Positions 1 to 11,540 of a stretch of 61,124 nt of DNA are shown here, one piece after another; positions within the stretch are counted from its first letter, which is position 1; each line of letters begins with the position of its first letter. Location of the stretch: the NCBI GenBank assembly GCA_003344405.1, contig NOWV01000113.1:186001-247124 (forward strand). Reading direction: 5' to 3'. The notes under the pieces are model-generated. The model worked only from the letters and a program-made list of their open reading frames with translations. It was not told the DNA's origin and made no database searches. Position numbers and translations under genes: made by a program. Origin of the DNA: Trichoplax sp. H2. Lineage: Eukaryota.

Positions 1-72
1 TATTGAATAATATGTTTTATTTTCTCTGTTATAATGAGAGTTAATCTTGGCTGTTTTTATCCGCATTTCTAG

Positions 73-3000
73 GTTCGAATGAAAGTTTTTCGTGGTCATT
101 TCGATGCTATTAATTCATGCCAATTTTGCAATCGAGATTCACTAATTTTATCCGCATCGAATGATAAAACAATTCGATTTTGGGTAAGATTAATCTCTAA
201 AAAGATAGTGCAAAACCTGAATATGCAAGTGGTATACCAGAACAACTTTACCTAGGATCTTTAAATGTCACTAAATTTAGCAGGTAGCATCAATTACTTA
301 CCGTAACGAAATATTAATTTTTTAAGGAAAGCGATGGTGGAAGCCAATTGCAAAGTTTAAACTTACATACAGATATAATTTCTTGTTGTCGTGTAAACTC
401 AAAAACGGACCCGTAAGTTATTTTAAATTCAGACTGCTTTCGTACCGGTATTAAGTAATTTGTAAGTAATGGCTAGCAGTATTTCCAGATTTCTTTTCAA
501 TTTTCCTAACTTTCCTAGTAAATTTTCATTTGTTACATCGAGTTGGGATAAATCGGTAGCAAAATGGGATGGAGAAACCGGTCAAAATCTGGTAAGAATA
601 AAACTGGAATAGTTTTAACTTTGTGTCTGCGATATCATGCCATGACTACATAGATCTTAGAAGCCATTCACTATTACTTATATGGATTATTTATTACGAT
701 ATATGCAGTGGAGAGGCTTTCATGATGGTATTGTTACTACTTGTGCAATATCATCTGATGCCCATGTCATAGTGTCAGCATCCGATGGCGACTATGTCAT
801 AAAAGTATGGGATACAAGAACCGACGAAAATGCAGTCCATACTATTAAAAGTAATTATAGACAATCAATATTGGCATAGCTAAGAATTAATATTAGATTT
901 TTAATCATAGATGATCAAGATACTAACCTTTAAAATTAGATATCTTACAAGACAAGTTCTTGAACTAAATGCATTAGCAATTACAACTTCAATCTGCATA
1001 TTACTCCTATCTTCAGTCATACAGGGTTTTGATCTAGATACATTTCTTGAAGAATTAGACAACTTCCTGGGATATAGTAAATTGCTAAATTAGATACGTT
1101 ATCAATAAATACGATCTATGTATTACTGAATTTTCAGTTACAAAGCATCGGATTTAAAAGCAAAGTACTAAAAATTAGATTTTTCTATGATAACTATTGA
1201 ATTAAAGATATAATTAAAAATGACTCGGCTTGTCTTTACCGGAGTTTTAGTTTTGAAGCATCTGACTTACATACCAGTTACAGAATTAGATATTTCCTAT
1301 ATCAATTAGCCTCAAATTAGATCGATATATCACCAGATCTTTAATCATGTTTGACTACGTGCTAAATCTTTAAAATTAGATGCCTTATACATTGACCTTT
1401 ACACCTAAATATCTTATATACTGTACTAAAGTGTTAATAAATATTTTGAAGTAGGCTCAACTTGTATTCATTATTACCGTACATTTTTAATTATATCGGT
1501 ATATCATCTCCTAAAATTTATCGGATATACCTTACAGTAGATTCTTATGTAGATTCTTAGGTAAAAAAATAAATAAATTATGAATAAGATACTGATAACC
1601 ATTAACTTGATCTGCATATGAAAAGATTTTCATCGTGGATCCGTTACTAGTATCGCCTTCCATCCGGATAATTCAAGGATTTGCACGACATCATCAGATA
1701 TGACAGCAAGAATATGGGATTTTAACTCTACATCAACAACAGCTCAATTAAGGTTAAGATAATAGCAGCAAATTGTTCTTAGAGCTATTCTAGAATATTA
1801 GTGTTTGTTGTTAATTACAATCAAAATGCAGCTGGAAACTGAATTTGTCTTATTAACAGTAAAATAAATTTTCTCGTAAATTAGTGGGCACAAAAATATT
1901 GTTAGCTGCTGTGCGTTCTCCAACAATGGACGCATGTTATGTACTGGCTCTTGGGATAAATCTCTGCATCTTTGGGATATTGCCACTGGTTCATATAGGT
2001 ATTAATAGTTCAGATTAAGCAATAAATATTCTCGATAATTGTATCTGGTTCTATCAAGACCTTAACCTCGCGTCTGTTCTAGACGTACTGGACCGAAAAC
2101 TATTGAGAGAGGCCATGAAGGATCAATTAGTTCATGCTGTTATTCGCCCGATGGTTAGTTGTCATGTAAATTCTGTATACTGATACCTATATACCCATAT
2201 AGCTTCGAAATTTGTAGCTTTGTCAACAGATAGTCGTAAATAACTTTAAAATTCAATACTATATGTTATTGCGCTTATATGATTACTTAATAGATTAGTG
2301 CTATCGTCTTTACTTCGTATCAACAGAAGAAATGTACACTCATTCAATCAAAGAAACCTAGCAAATTGTCAAATCTATCAATTCTCGATTTATATCAAAT
2401 ATTTAGATACTATGCTAGCCTCAGCTTCTTACGATCAAAATGTCATTATCTGGGATACTAAGTATAACTTACAGAAATTCAGCTTAAAGGTAAAAATGGT
2501 GAAAATAATCTTTATTCTAAAGGGAATATCATTCTAGTTCTAAAGCTATAACGAAAATTTCTTACATGCATTCAGGGTCATAATGGCTGGGTAAACGATG
2601 TATGTTTTAGTCAAGATCAAAAGTGGGCACTAACGTGTTCATCGGTAAGTACAAGGAAGGAAATCTTGATAAACTGACATCAATTATTAGGAGATATTGC
2701 ATATTACAGTTAAATTTGTTACTTTTAAAGAGTAATACAACTTAAATTGCGATTAGGATATGACTATAAGAATGTGGAATATTGAATCTGAGGAGAAGAT
2801 GCCTATATTTTTGGCCAACAAGATTAGTCTTGGTTTAAAGCTTATTGAGGTAATTTATGACCGTTTCAGCTAATATTTTATCCTTTACATGACTCCAACA
2901 CATTACGTATGCCTTTATAAATTTTGCAGTACATATGTGTAAGTATCGATTGAATCTTTAAAACAGTTCTTCTAGTTTTCGCAACCTCGCTAACACGACC

Positions 3001-3742
3001 ATCGTCACTTACGCAACTTAGAGTAAATATGTACTATAACTAAAATTTTATTGCATTTTGGATATCTGCAAATATTATCGATATGATGGCGTAGCAATAG
3101 CTAAATGCTTACACAAACTATGACGTGTAGAGATTAAAACAGTAATAATGTCGACAGCATTATTGTAGCGGCAGTATCTAATAGAAATAGTGAGGTCTTG
3201 ATATAGTAGTTTACTCGCAGATAAACTCTGGAGGCCTTTTTATAAGCACGTTTTATTTAATTTCAAAATACTCTCATTAATAATAAAAATGATATAATTA
3301 CTACCATACATTAACAAACAGCATTTTAATATCACAGGTAGTAGAATTTTACCTATACTTTTAGTGATTTATTTAAATAATTTATAGCAGTGATACAATA
3401 ACAACTAAAATAAGTACCTGACTTTAGCATCGCAAATCGTAAAACTCTACTTTGTTTTATGATTCTAATAATTTATAGGTTACAATAAGACGATATATTA
3501 ATAACTGATTAGAGAGTAACAAGTAATAGAGCATTACATATTAACTTAAGATTTACTTCCATCTATTAATAAAGATTTAATTAATCATAAAACTCCAATT
3601 CTATCTTTGTTCTTAGTGTACTCAATGCGGCAAGAAATTTTCGATTACGGAAGCTGGAGATGATTTATCGCTGACTCGATGTGTATTCTGCCGATTAAAA
3701 GATCGATCGAAAGTTTTAAATATAACGACGGAAATTGAATAA
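73..3742 (+). CDS. WDR88: WD40-repeat protein with C-terminal CxxC...CxxC motif, WDR88-like (5' part lies upstream of the window)
   Basis: GT-AG exons 73-183, 327-412, 519-591, 709-850, 1626-1752, 1885-1998, 2083-2153, 2407-2489, 2576-2644, 2757-2849, 3617-3742 join in frame (1095 nt). They give GH...WD repeats ([64 protein letters not shown]) and end [23 protein letters not shown], resembling the WDR88 C-terminus as I recall it. Confidence 0.85.
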
Positions 3743-5453
3743 AACGGAGCACATTGGATATAAGGCTGAGGTAAATACCCAAGCTATGAGAAGATTGGCT
3801 TACTAATTCAACGTTAACAACTTTTCTTAAAATCATAACGTTTCAGCGTGTGAAATTGAATTATTAATTTATTTTTAATAGTGGATTATAATCAAAATTT
3901 TATTATCACTTTAAATATTATACATACTCGACGGTGCATTACCTTCGATCCATCTCGTTATTTCGGACATGATTCGATGTTAATTTCTGTCTGTTATTAA
4001 ACAGATATCCAGACAATCTAATTCGTTGTCATTTAGCAATAATATGCGCGCTTGCCGATTTTGCAATATCTCAAGATAATAATTTAGTGAAAAGACAGAT
4101 CAAATTGATTTATAGGCTTTTTTGTTTAATTAAAATCCTTTATAAAGGAGCAAATACCAAATTTTGTATATAATTAATTCTACGGAATATATGGTTACAA
4201 TTGCGTAGCTAGCATTATTTTACTACTGAATGTATATAATCACTCTCAGGATAAGAAATTATGGATGGTTTTGTCTCATGGTAATAAAATTTATTTAATT
4301 CCATATTGATAGGAGGCTACTTTGTCGAATAAAAATTAAAAATTTAACTCTATGACCACCTTGTTATTGTAATACACCTAGTAGGAATAATTTAGTCGTC
4401 AGTAGTCATAAGTAAAGGTTAGTCGAATACCATCAGTCGTAATATTTGTAACACCGAAAATAGATGAAAATATTGCTGGTATGGATTGATTACATATATA
4501 TATACAACAGTACTTGCAGTGCCTGATAAAGTATCTTCGATCATAAACCTGAGTGTTATTTGTGATGGAAAAGGTTGCTATTACGAGCTAGTACAAGATC
4601 AGTTATCTAATGAAATGAATAGTAAAGTCTTTTAAGCGCTCATAATGATAGATTCAGGAACCTACTGCCCACTATCATTAAAAATTAAAATTATTCCCAA
4701 CTACTGAAGAAACGGAGTAACTTCCTCATGTTCTCATTCTCTATTTTTGTATCAAGTTTAGTCGTTAAAAGTTGACTACAAGTAGATATATATGAGACTT
4801 TATTATAATTGCTTGCTTCATTGAATATTTTGTAATTAATTTAATAATACAGAATAGCTAGCGAAATTATCATTTTGAACACGTTATTATAGCTTATCAC
4901 AAACTATATAAGGCTGTATTAAAATGATAGCAAACTAAATTTGAATATACAATTGCTAGAGAAGTAATATACTATTAAAATAAGTATATTCATAAGTAAA
5001 TTGAGAGTAGAATTACGAAGGTTATAATATAATTAGAATATTATATCTTAAGCTGGTCTGCATGTTTGTCATACTTTGTTTCTGATATACAGTAATAATT
5101 CTATTCTATTTTCTTTTTATTATGCTAATATTATGCCAATTATAGACTAGTTGAACAAAGAAGGCATTCCTCTGATCGATAATTAGAAATTTGCAAGGTA
5201 AATGAGATAAATTACCAGCGTGATATGTTCAGAACATCAGGCTACAGCTAATATTGAATTATAATACATATTGGTCAAGTATAGTCGATAATAAATTTGG
5301 AAGACCTGAACGACTTAGCTAACATATGCGGAAGTTATTTTCGGCTCCAACCACGATTTTCGCTTTACTCATATTAGCTACTAGATTGAATAATTTATTT
5401 TCCGAGATTTTATTCGATCTTGAATTTACTTATTTTAATTCAGAATTGAAAAC

Positions 5454-8400
5454 ATGGCCAACCTAGAGGTATCTATCACGCATCTTCCTCAACCAATACT
5501 TATTTTATTTACGAAAGGTAAAGAAAGTCGCAAATCTGGCAATCTTAAGGAAGCGATGTCTTATTATACACAAGTCTTAGATAGGATACAAGCAATATCA
5601 GAAAATACTGTTAATCTTGATCGATTTCGAAGTGAGGTTTACCTAGATATCAGTGCTATATATTGGCAGCAGTGTAAATGGAAGAAAGCTGAAGAATTTA
5701 ATGAAAATGCACTTAAAATAGCTGAAAAGCTGGGAGAAAAAAAGATATTTGTCAAATGTTTAGGAAGAAAAGGTGACATTAAACGGCAACAAAGTGACTA
5801 TGATGGGGCACTAGTTAATTATACCAAGTTATTAAAGATATATCTAAGTTTAGAGAAGAAGGATACCGATATCGCAAATTTGTATCAGGACATAGGACAT
5901 GTTCATTTTGCACAAGGTAGACTCAACGAGGCCTTGACACAGTATGAAAAATCGCTTAAAATTCAATCGTCAGTGCTTGACCACAATCATCCCGATATTG
6001 CCAGATCATATAACTATATAGGGGTGGTATATTGCGATCAGGGAAAGTACGAAAAAGCAATTGATATGCATGATAAATCACTCAAGATTCGATTATCAGT
6101 CCTTGATCAGAATCATATCGATGTTGCTGAATCTTATAACAATAAGGGAAATGTATATTTCAAACTGGGAAAGTACGATGATGCTCTATCTATTTACGAG
6201 AAAGGGCTCAAAATTCAGTTAAAAGTTTTTGGTGACAATCATTTCGATGTTGCCACCTCATATAGCAATATAGGAATTGTCTATGCTGCTCAAAGCAATC
6301 TTGAAAAGGCTATTCCTTTGTATAAAAAGTCGCTCGAAATTCGGTTATCAGTCTTCGGTGACAGTCATGCTGATGTTGCTACATCATATAATCATCTGGG
6401 AAATGCCTATTCTCAGCAAGCCAAGTACAAAGATGCTATTGATATGTATAAGAAATCACTCAAAATTCGATTAAAGATTTTTGGTCCCAATCATCTTTCT
6501 GTTGCCAACTGTTATAATTACATAGGAAATGCCTATTACTTTCAGGGCGAGTATGAAGAAGCTTTATCTATGTATCACAAATCTCGCAAAATTAAATTAT
6601 TAGTTCTTGATCACAATCATCCCGAGGTTGCGGACTTATATGATAATATCGGACGTATCTATCGTGAACAAGGTGAACTTGAAGAAAGTATTCTTACGCA
6701 TAAGAAATGTCTTAAAATGCGATTATCGGTCCTTGGTTCCAATCATCCTGATATTGGTAAATCGTACAACAACATCGGCTCTGTCTATTTTTGTCAAGGT
6801 AAATATGATGAGGCTATTTCTAACTTCAAGGAGTCTCTCAAAATTCTATTATCAGTCTTGGGTGATAGTCATCATCTTGTTGGTAATTTATATAACAATA
6901 TAGGAAATGTCTATGATAAACAGGCTAAATATGAAGAGGCCATTTCTATGTATAAGAAATCACTCAAAATTCGATTGTCGACTCTTGGTTTTAAGCATCC
7001 TATTGTTGCTGGGTCATATGGGAATCTAGGAAATTGTTATTCTCAGCAGGGTAGACACGAAGACGCTATTTCTATGTATCAGAAATCACTCGACATTCAA
7101 TCACATATCCTTGGTAGTAGTCATCCCGGCGTTGCCAAGTTGTACGTCAACCTAGGAAATGTCTATAGCAGTCTGGGCAAGTATAAAGAAGCTCTTTCTA
7201 TGTATAATGATTCGCTCAAAATTCAATTATCAGTCCTTGGTCATAATCATCCTGGTGTTGCTACATTACATAACTGTCTGGGAACAGTTTATTCTAAGCA
7301 GGGAAATCATGAGGAGGCTCTTTCTGCGTACAATAAGTCACTCAAAATTCGGTTGTCAGCCTTTGGACATAATCACCCCGATATTGCCGCTTTATATATC
7401 AACATAGGCAATGTCTATAGAAATCAAGGCAAACGTGAAGAGGCTATTTGTATGTATAAGAAAGTAATCGAAATGCAATCATCAGTTCTTGATCAAAACA
7501 ATCTCCTTACAGCCGAAGCACTTACCAATCTGGGAATTGTCTATACTGATCAAGGCAATCATTCAGAGGCTGCCTGTGCTTTTGAGAAGTCGCTCACAAT
7601 TACACAATCAGCCCTTGGTCATTATCATCCTGATGTTGCTATAATATATGACAATTTTGGAACTCTCTATGGGTGTGAAGGTAAGTATATCGATGCTCTT
7701 TCCATGTACGAGAAGTCAGAAGAAATTAAATTATCAAGTCTTGGACGTGATCATCCCGATTTGGCCAAATTATATAACAACATGGGCGTTGTTTATAGGG
7801 ATCAGGGTAGTTACGAAGAGGCTTTTTCTAAATTTAACGAATCACGTAAAATTCAATTGGCAGTCTTTGGTAACAATCATCCCGATGTTGCTACTTCATA
7901 CAGTAATCTAGGAACTCTTTTTAATTACCAGGCAAAGTACAAAAAGGCCATTTCTATGCATAAAAAGTCACTTGAAATCAATTTATCTATCTCTAATCAC
8001 GATATCTCACAGATTGCAGCCTCTTATAGCGCTCTAGGAAATGATTACTCTAAACTGGCTAATTATCATGAGGCTCTTTCTATGTATAAGAAATCGCTGC
8101 AAAAGCTACTGTCAGTTTTTAATCATAATCATCCCAGTGTTGCTAAATTATATCTCGATATGGGAACTGTCTATAGTAATCAGGGTAAGTATGACGAGGC
8201 TTTAGCTATGTTTCAAAAGTCCCTTAAATTATCGTTAGCCCTCGACTACAATCATTCCAGTATTGGCAGCTCATATGGCCAGCTAGGAAAAGTTTATCAT
8301 CAGCAAGGCAAGTATGAAGAGGCTATTACTATGCATAAAAAGTCACTCGAAATTGAATCATCAGTCCTTGATCATAATCACGGCAATACGGATATTGCTG

Positions 8401-9263
8401 CATCATTTGGAAACTTAGGAAGTGTCTATTTACAGCTAGGCAATTATGAAAAGGCTCTTTCTTTGTATGAAAGGTCACTCAGTATTCACTTATCGGTTTT
8501 TGGTTGTAATCACCCCGATGTTGCCAAATCGTATATCAACATAGGAAATGTTTATAAGCTTCAGATCAAGTATGCAAAGGCTATCGATATGTACGAGAAG
8601 TCACTCAAAATTCAATCATCAGTCTTTGAAATGGATCATCCCGATCTTGTTCTGTCATATAGCAATCTAGGATCTGTCTATCATAATCAAGGCGAGCAAG
8701 ATAAAGCTATTTGTATGTACCAGAAATCACTTAAAATTCAGTTGGCAGTTTTAGATCATAATCATCCCGATATCGCCAAATCATATGACTGCATCGGAAA
8801 TAGCTATAGAATTCAGGGCAAGTATGACGACGCCCTTTCTTCATGCGAAAAATCCTATAGAATTCGGTTGTCAGTTCTTGATCATAGTCATCCCGATCTT
8901 GCAACATCATATTACAGCCTCGGAATGGTATATGATGATCAGGGCAAGTATGAGGAAGCTCTTAAAAAGTTTAACAAGTCACTTCAAATTAGGCTATCAA
9001 TTTTGAAGGAAGATCATCCTGATATTGCAATATTATATTATAGCATAGGAAAGGTGTATGAAAACCAGTGCAAGCATAAGGATGCTCACGCTATGTATGA
9101 AAAGTTGTTTCAAAATATGCTATCAGTTTTAGATCAAAATAATTTCGATGTTGCGAAATTATATCACGCTATAGTAAAGATGCATGATGATCCGGGCAAG
9201 CATGAGAAAGCTCTTGCTATGTACAAGAAATGGCGTGTAATTAAATCGCTTGATTTGTCTTAA
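5454..9263 (+). CDS. Intronless TPR-repeat protein, ~29-30 tandem 42-aa repeats (kinesin-light-chain/nephrocystin-3-type TPR), 1269 aa
   Basis: Uninterrupted ORF with consensus HPDVAxSYNNIGxVYxxQGKYEEAISMYxKSLKIxLSVLGxN. Probable 5'UTR exon 5146-5197 spliced to the acceptor ttcag ending at 5443. No NTPase or other domain is visible. Confidence 0.93.
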   Translation: MANLEVSITHLPQPILILFTKGKESRKSGNLKEAMSYYTQVLDRIQAISENTVNLDRFRSEVYLDISAIYWQQCKWKKAEEFNENALKIAEKLGEKKIFVKCLGRKGDIKRQQSDYDGALVNYTKLLKIYLSLEKKDTDIANLYQDIGHVHFAQGRLNEALTQYEKSLKIQSSVLDHNHPDIARSYNYIGVVYCDQGKYEKAIDMHDKSLKIRLSVLDQNHIDVAESYNNKGNVYFKLGKYDDALSIYEKGLKIQLKVFGDNHFDVATSYSNIGIVYAAQSNLEKAIPLYKKSLEIRLSVFGDSHADVATSYNHLGNAYSQQAKYKDAIDMYKKSLKIRLKIFGPNHLSVANCYNYIGNAYYFQGEYEEALSMYHKSRKIKLLVLDHNHPEVADLYDNIGRIYREQGELEESILTHKKCLKMRLSVLGSNHPDIGKSYNNIGSVYFCQGKYDEAISNFKESLKILLSVLGDSHHLVGNLYNNIGNVYDKQAKYEEAISMYKKSLKIRLSTLGFKHPIVAGSYGNLGNCYSQQGRHEDAISMYQKSLDIQSHILGSSHPGVAKLYVNLGNVYSSLGKYKEALSMYNDSLKIQLSVLGHNHPGVATLHNCLGTVYSKQGNHEEALSAYNKSLKIRLSAFGHNHPDIAALYINIGNVYRNQGKREEAICMYKKVIEMQSSVLDQNNLLTAEALTNLGIVYTDQGNHSEAACAFEKSLTITQSALGHYHPDVAIIYDNFGTLYGCEGKYIDALSMYEKSEEIKLSSLGRDHPDLAKLYNNMGVVYRDQGSYEEAFSKFNESRKIQLAVFGNNHPDVATSYSNLGTLFNYQAKYKKAISMHKKSLEINLSISNHDISQIAASYSALGNDYSKLANYHEALSMYKKSLQKLLSVFNHNHPSVAKLYLDMGTVYSNQGKYDEALAMFQKSLKLSLALDYNHSSIGSSYGQLGKVYHQQGKYEEAITMHKKSLEIESSVLDHNHGNTDIAASFGNLGSVYLQLGNYEKALSLYERSLSIHLSVFGCNHPDVAKSYINIGNVYKLQIKYAKAIDMYEKSLKIQSSVFEMDHPDLVLSYSNLGSVYHNQGEQDKAICMYQKSLKIQLAVLDHNHPDIAKSYDCIGNSYRIQGKYDDALSSCEKSYRIRLSVLDHSHPDLATSYYSLGMVYDDQGKYEEALKKFNKSLQIRLSILKEDHPDIAILYYSIGKVYENQCKHKDAHAMYEKLFQNMLSVLDQNNFDVAKLYHAIVKMHDDPGKHEKALAMYKKWRVIKSLDLS

Positions 9264-9372
9264 TGTTGTTTAATCATAGCAATATGAGAACCATCTATAG
9301 AACTCTCATCATGGCAAGTATGAAGAATCTCGTTCTATGTGTGAGAAGCAACCTAATATTCAAATATATTAG
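9263..9372 (+). pseudogene. Decayed, frameshifted extra TPR repeat just downstream of the stop codon
   Basis: HSNMRTIY in one frame, then HGKYEESRSMCEKQPNIQIY* (9310-9372) in another, matching the consensus YSNIGTVY..QGKYEEALSMYEKSLKIQLS. Confidence 0.75.
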
Positions 9373-11540
9373 CATTCCTGTCATACTTATATGTTCAAAG
9401 TTTAATATAACATTTTGTTTAAGTTTACTATACATTAGCAATATTTTAGGTTTATTCACAATAAGTACGCGTATGGTTCGAATCGGCAGTTGAGCTGGTA
9501 AGAGCTAGTAGTCGAGAAAAGATAATATTGTGGATATACAAATTTATAACGACCGTTATAAGATTGATAGCTATCAAATAACAAGTGTGCACAACTGCAC
9601 ATGTACCATATTGTGCTATGCTTTTAGTTTATGGTTAATGAAGTTAGGAATTGCTGTAAGATACGGAAGTAGTCTTAAATATGGATAGAAGTAAAAATTA
9701 CAGTATTACTACTATATGGACTTTATCGTTTGGGTAATTGTACCACTTTCACATAAATATCTTGAAATTGTTAAATCATATTTGAGAATCAGATACATTT
9801 ATTGTACACAAGCAAATTATCACAGAAAATCTTTGGATTCGTTCTAGTATTGATAGACATCAAATTTTGTAAAACTTAAATTAAATATATATCAAACGGG
9901 AATAAACTTACATATTAACCTAATCCATACGAAGCTACAATTAATGTAGATTTACTTACTGCGCATAAGGTGTTTGGAATTTAATGTTTGATGTTGTCTC
10001 CAAGATAATTCCAGAAAAAGGAAGGTTTATTTTATTGTAAGAAAGTTATCCACTGATGGTCACAGGATGAATGTAAATTTTTTGACAGAACTTTATCAAA
10101 AAATTCGATGTTATTTACGCTATTCAAGCAGATATTGAAAATATTATCAAGATTACATCTTTAGTAATAAAATCATGTACCGAGTAGATCCCGTTCTGCA
10201 ACGCTTGAAAACGTATATAATAATCAATAAAAATTTTTACAACTTATTAATGCGATGCGAGGATTGAAATTTGTGACACTTACGAGTATAACTTGAATGC
10301 AGTCCTGATGCAAGTCTCTAATTGAACTAAATGTTCTTTAGTTCGATCTAACTATCATTCCGTAAGATGCTACGAAACGATTTGATCTGATTATATTAAT
10401 TATAAACCCATCTAAACTACAAGTTCAATTAAATGACTCTAGAAAATTATACAGTATATAGAGAGCGAATTTAAAATCGGTAGCTTTCAGTTTAATTTCT
10501 ATATTGGTAATGTATAACTTATCTGGCTGCAAGAATAATTACTAAAAGTACTCGTAGAATCATAAATAATGACCTCTATCCGTTTTAATGTTTTCATTGT
10601 AGACAGAAATTCTTAATTGCAAAGCCAGGGATGATTTATCACTGATTTAATGTCTTTTGTAGAGTATGGGACTGATCAAAATTTAGATGTAACGGCAATA
10701 ATAGAATAAAATGGATCAGATAGACCTGAAAGTAAGGATAAAGTCGGCCTACTAACTCACAGGATGGTAAAAATGCAACATTGGGAAATTTCTTTTTCGA
10801 TCATTAAATTGGCATAAACCCATTTAAAATTTTGTATTGAATTTATTTATCAATTCATTGATTAAATTATAATCAAAATTGCTTACTAATTGAATACGTA
10901 GGCGTTTAATTAATTATAACCTATGATCTATTGTACCTGATAACTTCAGACATAAACGGACATAATCCTTGCCTACTGTCATTATTATATAAAGACAATC
11001 TAAATCATTATTTTCTGCAAATAGAATGTAGTATTTTTGATACAGGAAAGTAATATTAATTCCTTTTAGAAGAAATGTTGATTTATAATCATTTTTACAT
11101 GTAATCTTCCACAAGGGAACAAATCAGAAACTACTGTATGTAAGGCTATATATTATTTAGTAGCGCAGTCTTAATCACTGAATAATTGTAATTGATTAAT
11201 GAAGGGTAGAAAACTTCCAAGAAAAGTATTATTTACGACTATAACTATCTAATTTCAGATTACTTGACAATTATGCAATCTAACAAAAATAGGTAAAATA
11301 TAAAAACAAAACGTAGCGATTGCAATTAATTTAATCGCTGGCAGCTTAATAGTTAAATATAAGTTAGATATCGCCAAGTATTAAAATTTAATTCTTAATT
11401 AATAACTAAACCAACAGTAATTTTAAGAAACGGTGTAATTCGGTTGCAAATAGTATAAAAGAGAAGAGAGTACAATCAAGAATGGAGTACATAAAATTTT
11501 TAAAACTTCATTTCAGCAATGGCGTCATTAGTTTGTTGAT

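Noticed and set aside
4420-4621. Short open frames with splice-like ends upstream of the TPR gene
   Set aside because: The implied intron is only 32 nt and the following exon has an in-frame stop, so no N-terminal extension can be built.
6277-9006. Alternate-frame ORFs inside the TPR gene
   Set aside because: By-products of the repeated 126-bp unit.
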